Positions 1 through 11,734 of a stretch of DNA of 64,000 nt are shown one piece after another. The translations under genes and the position numbers were made by a program. This stretch comes from the human T2T-CHM13v2.0 reference genome, Homo sapiens, in assembly GCF_009914755.1 (NCBI RefSeq), contig NC_060932.1; one strand, 5' to 3'. Positions within the stretch are counted from its first letter, which is position 1, and the number at the start of each line of letters is the position of its first letter. Under the pieces are notes generated by a model that was given only the letters and a program-made list of their open reading frames with translations, did no database searches and had not been told where the DNA came from.

Positions 1-616
1 TTTTCTTTAGGTACTTACATTAAATGTGGGGGTAACAAAGCTAACAACTAGCAATTCATGTGCCTTCTTACTAATGTCCCTATCAAGAATGAATTTTAAT
101 ATAACTTGTCTACTTCTAACATTCATTTTAAGATTCTACCTGACTTTAGTAACAAACAGGCTTCTCAAAAATTCTTCAGAAACTGTTTGATCGTGCAATG
201 TCAAAGTACTGCAACAAACCTGGTGGGAATTATACCAAATAGACCAACTGAAGACTTAAAAAGACTTCAAAAAAAAAAAAAAAACTGTAGGCAAAAGTTG
301 AATATTATTGAGTCCCCAGGAGAAATAAACTGGAGTACTGGTCATAGCATTCTAGGCAGAGAATGAACTCTTGGGATGCTGCTATTCCTTTGTCAGACTA
401 AAAATTTTAGTCCTACTTTTGAATTGTCATATTAAATACCAGATCACCAAAATAGAGTAATTTTCAGACTGCAAATTTGTACCAAGCAAAAAATTTTCCT
501 CTAAAAAATTTAGCATAATTCAGATAGATTATTTTTAAGAGAAAATTATTTGACTTATTCACGCCATGGATAAGAGATAATATTTTTGGTGGCAGTTTGG
601 TGAAGCCAGACCACCT

Positions 617-930
617 GGTCTGTGGCTCACGCCTATAATCCCAGCATTTTGGGAGGCTGAGGCCGGTGGATCACTTGAGCTCAGGAGTTCAAGACCAGCC
701 TGGGCAACATGGCGAAAACCTGTCTTTACAAAAAATACAAAAAAAAAAAAAAAAAAAAAAAAGGCTGGGCATGGTGGCACACCTGTATTCCCAGCTGCTC
801 GGGATGCTGAGGTGGGAGGATTGCTTGAGCTCAGAAGGTGGCTGTTGCAATGAGCCTTGTGATCATGCCACTGCACTCCAGCCTGGGTGAGAGTGACACC
901 CTGTCTCAAAAAACAAAACAAACAAGAAAA
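617..930 (+). mobile_element. Alu (AluJ-like)
   Basis: tggctcacgcctataatcccagca...; dimeric structure with A-rich linker and tail. Confidence 0.9.
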
Positions 931-954
931 CCCCCAAAACCCAAATTTTATCTG

Positions 955-1165
955 CCCCTTACTGACTGCAACGCTAGACCCATTACCTATACTTTTGTGC
1001 CTCAGTTTCTTCATACGTAAAATGGGAAAAAAATAACAGTATTTAGTAGATTAATTCAGTTAATCAACACTCTTCTGCTATATTGATTACTACAACACAC
1101 AGAACAGTGACTCATTTATGGTAAAGCGCTATATAAGTATTGGCTATTATTATTAATGTATGTTT
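955..1165. mobile_element. MIR fragment
   Basis: MIR core-like 'tgtgcctcagtttcttcatacgtaaaatggg' and 'ggctattattatt'. Confidence 0.6.
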
Positions 1166-1306
1166 AATCAAATAAAGAGGCATAATATTTTAATCCTCAC
1201 AGTTTAATGTTAATCATCTAACATTCCTCCATTCTTCTTCAAATAGTTATATTATTTATTGACCTGGGAAGTCTTTGTTTCTGTTTTAGCCTTAAAAGAG
1301 AACAAG

Positions 1307-1620
1307 CAGCTGGGCGCAGTGGCTCACGCCTGTAATCCCAGCACTTTGGAAGGCTGAAGTGGGAGGATCATGAGGTCAGGAGATCAAGACCATCTTGGCT
1401 AACATGGTGAAACCCCATCTCTACTAAAAATACAAAAAAAAAAATTAGCCTGGTGTGGTGGCAGGCACCTGTAATCCCAGCTACTCAGGAGGCTGAGGCA
1501 GGAGAGTGATGTGAACCCGGGAGGCGGAGCTTGTGGTGAGCCGAGATTGTGCCACTGCACTCCAGCCTGGGTGACAGAGCAAGACTCCATCTCAAAAGAA
1601 AAAAAAAAAAAAAAAAGAGA
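1307..1620 (+). mobile_element. Alu (AluS/Y-like) with TSD
   Basis: Full dimer with poly-A tail; flanked by repeated 'agagaacaagca'. Confidence 0.92.
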
Positions 1621-2149
1621 GAGAGAACAAGCATATATTAAAGTGCTTGTATTTGTACCTTGGATAAGCAGGCATGTAATACCTTAGGAAAAACTAAAAC
1701 ACTAGGTTTAACTGCTGGGAATAGGCTTGAAAGACCCATGAAAAAGACAATATTGCAGAAGACAGTCAACCAAAATAATTTATAAGCAGATTTTCCCATT
1801 TTACGTATGAAAATTTTCCATTTTACATATGAAAAAACCAAGGCACAGAAAGACACTAGGTTTAATTGATTAGCATGGGCTTGAAAGACACAAAAAATTG
1901 CATTTTCTAGAGAGAAAAATGGATTTGAGGAACTTAAAACAATTTTTTTTTCTTTTGCTGTTCACTTAAGCTGATTCTTACTCCTTGGCCAAATGTGACT
2001 TTATATAAAACATACCATACAGATGTAAAGGTTGTATAAATCTTCGTAAGAATACCATTCTAAACTCAAAGAGTTTATAGACTTTCCTAACCACCATTGC
2101 CCTATGTAATTATACCACTGAAGAATTTGTTGTTGATTTAATAAAAGCT

Positions 2150-3365
2150 TTTTCCTTATTTAGAGACAAGATCTTGCTGTGTTGCCAAGGCTGGAGGGTG
2201 GAGTGCAGTGGTGCAATCATGGCTCATTGTGTGCCTGACAGCATCACAAGAGTCAAGTTCATTTCTCTGCCTAGAATGCTGTGATCAGTACTCCAGTTTA
2301 TTTCTCCTGGTGACTGGATAATATTCAAAATTTGCGTACAGTTTTCTGCACGCTTGAACTCCTGGGCTCAAGCAATCTTTCCACCTCAGCCTCTTGAGTA
2401 TCTAGGACTACAGGCGCATGCCAGGATGCCTGGCTAATTTATATATACAATGTATATATAAATTATATACAAAATGTATATATAAATTATATATAAAATG
2501 TATATATAAATTATATACAAAATGTATATACAAATTATATATAAAATGTATATACAAAATTTATATATAATTTATTATATATAAATTAATATACATTATA
2601 TTTAATTATATAATTACATATAATTTATATATAAATTTTATATCTAATTTATATATTATATATAATTTATATATAAATTATATATAAAATTTTATATATA
2701 AAATACATATAAATTAGATATAAAATTTATATATAAATTAGATATAAAATTTTATATCTAATTTATATATAATTACACCAAAAAAAAAAAAAAAAAGCCA
2801 GGCATGGTGGCACAAGCCTTTAGTCCCCAGCTATTTGGGAGGCTGAAATGGGAAGACTGCTTGAGCCCAGGTGATCAAGGCTGCAGGAAACCGTGATCAC
2901 ATCACTGCACTCCTGGGCAACAGAGTCAGACTCTATGAATTCTATAAAAGAATTCATCGCCCAGGCTGATGCAGAGGCACAGTGATGGCTCACTGCAGCC
3001 TTGACCTCTCAGGCTCAAGTGATCCTCCCACCTCAGCAACCTACCCCCTCTACCCAGGAGCTGGGACTATACGCATGTGCCACCGCATCACATTAATACT
3101 TAAATTTTTTGTAGAGATGGGGTCTCACTACGTTGCCCAGGCTGGTCTTGAATTCCTGAGTCCCAGTGATCCTCCCACCTCAGCCTTCTAAGGTGCTGGA
3201 ATTGCAGGCATGAGCCACTGTGCCTGACCCTATTTTTTAATTTTTTGTAGAGGCAGGGCATTGCTATATTGCCAAGGGTGGTCTCCGACTTCTGGACTCA
3301 AGCGATCCTCCTGCCTCGGCATCCCAAATTACTAGGATTACAGGTGTGAGCCACTGTGCTGGCAT
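2150..3365 (-). mobile_element. Composite nested antisense AluJ elements carrying two templated insertions and an AT-rich expansion
   Basis: Outer Alu 2150-2440 resumes at ~3230-3365. Inner Alu 2958-3230. Non-native inserts at 2230-2345 and 2777-2957. Confidence 0.8.
2440..2775. repeat. AT-rich (TA)n-derived low-complexity minisatellite
   Basis: Repeated 'aaatgtatatataaattatata'-type units in the Alu linker. Confidence 0.9.
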
Positions 3366-5063
3366 GCTTTCTCCCTTTTGACTTGCTCTATTATATTAAT
3401 GGCACAAAATTTATAGTAATGTTTTCATCTATGTATATCGAGAAAATATTTGCCTATATATCTCCTTTACATACAATTCATTTTTTTTGCTCATAGTTCT
3501 TGCTAAGATCCTACATTAAATGCTTACATGAGCTTGAAGTCTCTCTCTAAACAAAGCTTTACTGTAAGCCACAGAGTGGAGAACACTGCCCCATCCGGAA
3601 AAGAGGTTACAAGGTACAATAATTGTGGACTAACAGAAGAAGCAAAGGATTGGCAGTTAAAAACCTATGTTTGAATCCTAGCTCTTTCACTATTTAGCTA
3701 CTTCAGTTCATAAAACTGAAATGTGTTCATCTCTCGATATTACTGCTAACTTTGTTTTTGATAAGAGGGGTGTCTCACATGCTTTAAAGAATCTGATGAA
3801 GTCATAGATCTTTTCTTCAACAAAAATTAACACAATCCACACATTTTTGCATACAGTTAGGGGCTTCAAGTAATCACACAAGTCCATGTATCCTAAGAAC
3901 CCTCTAGAATACTAGATTACAATGGTTCCTGCTGTTTTAATATAAAAATGCCATTTCCGCATTCATATTCTTTCTCACACACACCCTTAAAGTCTTGCTG
4001 TGCAACGTGTAAATGTACCAGAGCTCACAAGCTTACTTTTAAACACATAAAAGAAATGAAGTTTTATCTTTATTGGCAAAGTTTCCCCCCTTGAGGCATA
4101 TTAACAGTGATTGTGTGTAGTTTTAGATTTATATCAGGACAAACTAGATACTCAAATCAGTTATTTTATTAATCATTATCCTAAAAAATCTTCAAATTTA
4201 GTTACAGTAGCTTAATTAAACCTCAGATAAACCTTAAAAATCAAAATATGTTTTGTATACCTAGGGTCTAATAGGCACGAACAGAGCTATGCAAAACTGG
4301 GTTTGGATAAGGATTTAATTGTCCACATGTATTCAGTCACATTGGTGAAAGCAGAAACTGCATCTGTGCCAAAGTCTCAGCTGCTGTAATTAAAGACAGA
4401 CCCCCCCCCGCCCCCACTCCCCCCTCAGGAGCAGCTAGCTATCATTATTTTCAAAGGGCAGCAATCACAAAGGCTTTGCATTATGTGGATTGCACATTCC
4501 AAGGATATAGGATTGCTACCAGACTTCGGGGACTATCCTAATAAGCAAAGTAGTTCATTAAAGCAATCATCAAATTTACATACAAGTTTTAAATTTTCTG
4601 AACTTTGCTTAGTTTGTCATGTGAGTTTACCTCCCTTTGTGAAATAGAGCTATTTCTGAAAAGTTAATTTCTGATCATCTTGCCCTACTACTTGACTAAC
4701 TTTATAAAGCTTGGAAGTATTATTACAAAGCAAGAGTAAATCACCACAGAACATCAATTTTAAACATGCTTAATTGAACAAAAAAATTAGTTCCTCTTTG
4801 ATAAAGATAAGTAACAAAATATAAACGGAAAGAAGATGAGGTTATTTTTCACCTTTGATATCACATTTAATAGATTCAGAGGAAAACTAATCCCAACTGT
4901 GCAACACATTCAGGGGCTGGAGATTTAATGAGATTCCATTAGACCTAACAGGATAACATGTAGGCACTTCAAATCCCCTCTATCATCCTTCATGAAGCCA
5001 AGCTATTTTGAAATAAATGAGAAATAGGAACATAGCAAAAGCAGACCAAAGCAGTACATTTAC

Positions 5064-5167
5064 CAAAAATTAAAACTGCCAATTTTCCAAAATTTTTGGG
5101 TACTGTGAAAATCATGATTGTTTTCTCTAACTTGAAGAAATTTTGTAATCCAGTACAGTATATCATC
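5064..5167 (-). other. Candidate 104-nt internal (probably 5'UTR/cassette) exon
   Basis: Minus strand reads poly-T tract ...ttttattgtaccgaag|GATGATA...ATTTTTG|gtaaat; unique sequence ~2 kb downstream of putative exon 1. Confidence 0.3.
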
Positions 5168-5454
5168 CTTCGGTACAATAAAAAAAAAAAAACTTTAAAG
5201 TGCTCAAGTACACTAGTAGGTGTGCTGGGAGAAAAAGTGACCTTCGGATCTCCTGAAATTGAGTAAAAGCAATATAATTATACTTCACTGATTTTGTAAA
5301 ACATTTTTTAACATACTAAAGCCATATACTAAAGCGGAAATTATCACTAGCTGCTAGGATTAAAATTTCAAAAAGTGCCAGTGGAAGTTCTTATGCTTTC
5401 TTCCCACTGGCCAATAAGACTCCTACGGGTAATTTCTTATGTTTGCCTAGTTCC

Positions 5455-5745
5455 ATGAATTCTTTTACAGAATTCATAGAGTCTGACTCTGTTGCCCAGG
5501 ACTGCAATGATGTGATCACGGTTTCCTGCAGCCTTGACCACCCGGGCTCAAGCAATCTTCCCATTTTAGCATCCCAAATAGCTGGGGACCAAAGGCTTGC
5601 ACCACCACGCCTGGCCTTTTTTTTTTTTTTTTTTTTTTTGGTAGAGACGGGGACTATGTTGCCCCAGGCTGGTCTTGAACTCCTGGCCTCAAGCAATCTC
5701 CCACCTTGGCCTCCCAAAGTCCTAGGATTACATGGCATTATTTGG
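5455..5745 (-). mobile_element. AluJ-like, tail-less; donor of the 2777-2957 copy
   Basis: Both monomers present; 3' end runs into 'atgaattc...gaattcat' instead of poly-A. Confidence 0.85.
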
Positions 5746-6114
5746 CACTCATCCAAATAATTTATTTAAAAAAGAAAACATACATGGGTTTTGATGCTTA
5801 AGCACTCTCCCTCAAATTTTGACATCTTTATGATTAGGTAGGGTTCAGATTTTAAAATATCTTTGCAATAAGGTAAAGAAAGATCTATGTTTTGTTTTTT
5901 AATTAAAGGCCTTTAAGAAAGTGGGCAATAACAAAGCATTAAACGTATCTCTAAATACTGATTTCACTCCTCCAGTTCCCTTAACTTCAACTGTTAAAAC
6001 GAACTCTCCCTTTCAAGCAGCGATGATATATTTTGGATGAACCTTAAAATCTTTTAAAAATATTCAATAAATTTAACCATTTTCTCAATGTGAACTCAAC
6101 GACATTTTAATTAA

Positions 6115-6456
<342 letters not shown>

Positions 6457-6749
6457 CAAAGCTTGTATCACTTCTCTTCCTTCTCCACCAACACACATAG
6501 TCGTCAAAAAGGAAATTCAAAAATAAAAAAAGCGAATAATGGTATCACTTCTACTTCATACTTTGAAACAGCCCCATATTCACCCATCACCCCCAAAAGC
6601 AATCAGTGCACTTAGGGCGTTGGGGTGCTTCACACTGCACTTAGAGCTCACCATTTTTAAACTTGAAGGGAACCGTGGTATCTTCAAAGTCTCCGAGTTG
6701 CCAGCGACCTCAGCCTCTCCACTTTCTCGAACATCATCCCTGGGCACTG

Positions 6750-8200
6750 TCTCCCGACACAGCCAGCGCGGTGGCCATGCGCCTCAAACCGAGCATTCCA
6801 AACGCGGAAACTCAACCCCGAGCGCGGAGAGGATGGAAACTGCCTGAAAGGATCTGTGCAGGGCTGGGCTTGGGACGCGGCTCACACGAAACTGAGGCAG
6901 GAGTCTCTTCCTGCACCCGCACCACGCCGGGACCCGAGGGGTTTCACTCCCTTCACTGAGCCGAGCCAGGAAGCCAAGAGCCACCAGGGCGAAGCAGCCC
7001 TGCAAAACCTCCACTCAGCCTTACAACAGCCACAGCGCCGGGACACGCGGCACCGCATCCCGGGCGCGCCAGTCCTCCTGCAGTCGGGGGACGCTCCCCT
7101 CAGGCGCCCGCGTCGGAGCCCAGCTACCCCCGCGCCGCCCTCACCTACCGAGGCTCCCCCGCGTCCACCGGCTCCTGCAGCGAGACAGCCGGCGCAGGCG
7201 GGCATGGTCCGAGCGCGGGCTCTGCAGGGGAGAATGAGGCGCGCGGACTGCCAGTCACCCGGGCGGCGTTCCCCGCCCTAGCGCTCCAGGGTCGCGAGTC
7301 CCACAGGAGTCCCGAGTTGCGGTCCCGGGGCGGGCGGGGCCTCATGGAGGCCCCGCCCCCTCCCCGCCCCCGCGGATATCCCCACGCACCACGAAGATCC
7401 CCACGCGCCCTGCGCAACGCGGCTGCTCCGCGCTGCCTTCTGCTGACTACAAACTGCGCCTCCAGGGAGCCAGGGCGAGGCGGAGGCCACCACCAAGTTG
7501 TGGCGCTCTCTCCTCTCGCTGCCTCAGAGCAGCGAGTTTCTCCTCAGCTGCAAACAAGGACGCAGGGCCAGCTCCGTGGGGCTCAGCGGGGGCAGAGGGA
7601 GAGCGAAAGCGCGGGAACCCGCGCATCTGAGGAAAGCTAAACATTTCACCTGTAGAGTCGGCTGCCCTGGCCCTCGGAGGCCCACCTTTGGCCCCAGAGT
7701 CCCTGAATCAATGATAATTAACATTTTTAAAAAATTTATTATTTTTAAAAATAAATTTAATCGGGAAGCTCCGAGCCAGAAGAGTAGCGTCTGAGACTCC
7801 CCATAATTAACATTCTTCACTCCTTAATTTTAATTTACCTCACACCAAACTAGCTGCTAACCCTCCTCTCCTCATCTGCCACATTCCCCACAAACCTTGA
7901 GCTGTCTTCTTTGCTCAGTCAGTTCCTCAGACTCAATCTTAGCACGGTACAGACCTTCGCCCACTGCCTTCCCTGGAAGCCTCAGGAACACAGCAGCACC
8001 CCCCAGCGAGGTGCGCACAGTGAGCAGGCAGCTCGGAAAGCAGCGGCGCTTGCGCACTGCGCCGGGGGCGGAGCCAGAGGCCCTGCACGTGGAAGCTCGA
8101 AGCCCGTAGGTGGGGCCCGCGCAGGAACGGACTCCTGAGAGACTTTCCATGTCCTGAAGCAAACTGTGTGTTCAGTGCCTACTCCGTGTACACGGAGTGG
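6750..8200. promoter_or_regulatory. CpG-island promoter (two lobes: ~6750-7700 and ~7940-8200)
   Basis: Very high GC and CpG density versus AT-rich flanks; GC boxes at 7332-7371 and 8064-8073; E-box CACGTG 8086-8091. Confidence 0.92.
7145..7310 (-). other. Putative first exon of an unidentified minus-strand gene
   Basis: Minus-strand donor TAG|GTGAGG at 7145/7144 (alternative TCG|GTAGGT 4 nt upstream) just downstream of the GC-box cluster; 5' limit is a guess. Confidence 0.55.
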
Positions 8201-8387
8201 GCCTTCAACAAAACGATCGTTTTGTCATGGCTTTCTAATTTAATTCAAAAGGAGTTAGAAGATCGGGGAGGACTTTATGTTGCTCAGCTAATGGCCAAAT
8301 CCCTTAGCTAAGGCTTCAGCTTGGAGCTAACAAGTACATCCAAGTTTCAGGGATCTAAAGCATGAAGATTTTTACCAGACTCATTCT

Positions 8388-8500
8388 GTCGGGTGCGGTG
8401 GTCGGTGATCTCAGCACTTTGGGAGACCAAGGTGCGTTCAGGAGTTTGAGACCAGCCTGGGCAACATAGTGAGACCTCCTCTGCCAAAAACAAAAAAAAT
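8388..8500 (+). mobile_element. Degenerate FLAM/Alu left monomer
   Basis: cagcactttgggagacc...ggagtttgagaccagcctgggcaacatagtgagacc plus A-tail. Confidence 0.8.
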
Positions 8501-8710
8501 CCTTGCACTCAGAAAATTAATTCTACTTCATAGCGCGGCTTATGAAAGCCTGATTCAGAGGCTATATAGATTACAGAATCGAAGTCTTCCAGTCCAGTCA
8601 CTCAGATTTAGTTTTACAATTGCAGGCCTGAGAGTCACTTCATCCTTCAGTGGGTGAATCCTTTAGGGGCGAAGACGCTGAAGACAGGCAGCTTAAAAGA
8701 TGCAGTATTC

Positions 8711-9074
<364 letters not shown>

Positions 9075-9160
9075 TCACTTTCTGTAAGGCAAGTTTTAAG
9101 TGTATTTTACAACTGGATTGAAAGAGGAGCTTCAGGGATCTGTGAATACCGTAAATCTGA

Positions 9161-9467
<307 letters not shown>

Positions 9468-9685
9468 TAAAATGTTTCTTTCACTATAAGTTCAATTTAG
9501 TGGAAAGACGTTCTTTAACTATCATCAAATTCTAATGTCAATGACACTACCCCACCAAAACACAGTCGGAATTTCTGTTTTCTGTTTATGCTCCTATAAA
9601 CCAATGGTATTTTAAAAACTTATTTTAAGTTTCAGTTTTACTGCGTGTGAAATAAAATTTTATTATTCCTCTTAATAACCTATTT

Positions 9686-9965
9686 TGGTTGGGCAAGGTG
9701 GCTGACGCCCTGTAATCCCAACACTTTGGGAGAGCGAAGCAGGTGGATCACTTGAGGTCAGGAGTTTGAGACCAGCCTGGCCAACATGGTGAAACCCCGT
9801 CTCTACTAAAAATACAAAAATTAGCTGAGTGTGGTGGCATGCGTCTGTAATCCCAGCTACTCGGGAGGCTGAGGCAGGAGAATCGCTTGAATCTGGGAGG
9901 CGGAGGTTGCAGTGAAACCACGGCACTCCAGCCTGAGACTTCGTCTAAAAATAAAAAATTAAAAA
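9686..9965 (+). mobile_element. AluS with 3' internal deletions
   Basis: Alu dimer; right arm shortened near 9915-9940. Confidence 0.88.
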
Positions 9966-10049
9966 AATCTATTTTTGACAATAAATTGAAAGTTCAAAAT
10001 TTATATATTTTTCATTTTCTTCTTCATGACCATTATCTGTCTTTTTCAA

Positions 10050-10590
10050 CTTAAGAATTAGGGTACCCAGCAATTGTACTCCTAGGAGTTTACACCCAAG
10101 GGACATGTATAAAAATTTCATAGCAATACCGTTCATAATAGCAGAATACTAGGAACAACTGGAATATCCTGAATTAAAATTGCGGCATATTCATTCATTG
10201 GAATATTTAACAGCAATGAAAACAGAATAAACTACATTTACATGCAACAACATGCATGGATTGCCTAAGCAATATTGAGGGAAAGAAGTCAGACAGAAGA
10301 GAATGTACATTGTGAGTTGCCAATTGTATAGTTTAAAAATAGACAAAACCAAACTGGTATGTAAGTATGCATACTTATGTGTCTAAAGGATAGAGAAAAG
10401 CAAGGAAGTGATTTTCATGAAAATCAGGATAGTGCTTATCTTTTAGAGAAAATTGTCATCAGTGTGTTATAGGATTTTAGGTAATTTTTATTTTTTCTTT
10501 ATGCTTTTCTGTAATTTCCAAATTATCTACAATGAACATGTGTTTCTTTATAACCAGCAGGGGAAAACTAGATGTTACTCTCAAAAATAA
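10050..10590 (+). mobile_element. Old L1M (L1MC/ME-like) 3' UTR fragments
   Basis: 'cccagcaattgtactcctagg', 'gcaatgaaaa...actacatttacatgcaacaacatg', 'ttttctgtaatttccaaattatctacaatgaacatg'. Confidence 0.7.
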
Positions 10591-10874
10591 ATAAAAAAGG
10601 ATCAAGGTCGAGTGCCACAAGAAAATTGAAAAAAAGAGGTATCTTGTGAACAACACTATAAAACTATACCAAATCTACAACTTCAGTTTACTCCTATTTC
10701 CTTTATCTCCATCCTTTTCTTTTTAAAATTCCAAAAGAAACAAAAACTATAATAATCTGCAATTTATTTTCTAAAACATTACTTTTTATCCCTTATCATT
10801 TTCTTAGATTTACTTTATTCTTATATTACTGTCTTGAATTGATTGGCTAATGTTCATCTTCTTTTGCATTCTTT

Positions 10875-11070
10875 ACTTTTTTCTTTTTGAGACGGAGTTT
10901 TGCCCTGTCGCCTGGGTTGGAGTGCAATGGTGCAATATTGGCTCACTGCAACCTCTGCCTCCTGGTTCAAGCGATTCTCTGCCTCAGCCTCCCAAGTAGC
11001 TGGGATTACAAGCATGTGCCACCACACCCAGCTAATTTTTATATATTTTTTTAGTAGAGATGGGGTTTCA
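10875..11070 (-). mobile_element. 5'-truncated Alu with TSD
   Basis: TSD ttgcattcttt on both sides. Confidence 0.85.
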
Positions 11071-11734
11071 TTGCATTCTTTTCTAGAATTGATTGGCCAG
11101 TTTATGTTTTATTTTCTTTTTCATTTCTTAAAAAACAAAACATTTTTAAGACTATAGCTCTACCTCTGAGGTCATACATTGGCTTCATCCTATGAGTTTT
11201 CATAAATAGTATTATTTTCACGATTGTTTTTTAAAAATAATTTGTATTTGCATTTTTAATTTTTTCTTTTGCTGCCTTCTGTAGCATGTAAAGTTTAACA
11301 TACACACATTATATCTATCTTGTTGATTGTATTATTCAGACCATTCAAATCTTACTTTTTTTTGGCATATTTCGTATTTTTGTCTTTTTATCTTTCTAAG
11401 TCTTAGACAAATGTCCATTTCTCCTCAAATTTGTAGTCACTTTTTTCATATATGTATAGCTATATTATTTAGTACATAAAGCTTTATGAATACTATGTAT
11501 TGTGCATATTGGATCTTGTATTAAAATAAAATGAATCCCTTTATCAGATTTTAAATGTTTTTTTCCCTCTCTTGAATTCTACTTTAACGAATTATTATTG
11601 TTACCCCCTTCTGTCTTTGCATTTGCTTCTTGTTTCTCTGTCCAATCTTTTGCTTTTAACTTTTCTGTGCCATTTGGTTTCCATGTATTTCTAATGAACA
11701 GTGTACAATTAAATGTTATTCCATTTTAATCTCT

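Noticed and set aside
13-18. Minus-strand GTAAGT donor at the window start
   Set aside because: No convincing acceptor or reading frame found upstream on that strand.
6539-8162. Overlapping GC-rich ORFs across the CpG island
   Set aside because: Stop-codon scarcity in GC-rich DNA; many start at non-ATG codons; no recognisable protein family.
6750-8200. Naming the host gene
   Set aside because: No coding exon in the window and I do not recognise the 5' sequence; any symbol would be a guess.
10836-11128. Duplicated gaattgattggc flanks around a truncated Alu as a giant TSD
   Set aside because: An ordinary 11-bp TSD (ttgcattcttt) explains the insertion; the longer similarity is a degenerate pre-existing tandem duplication.
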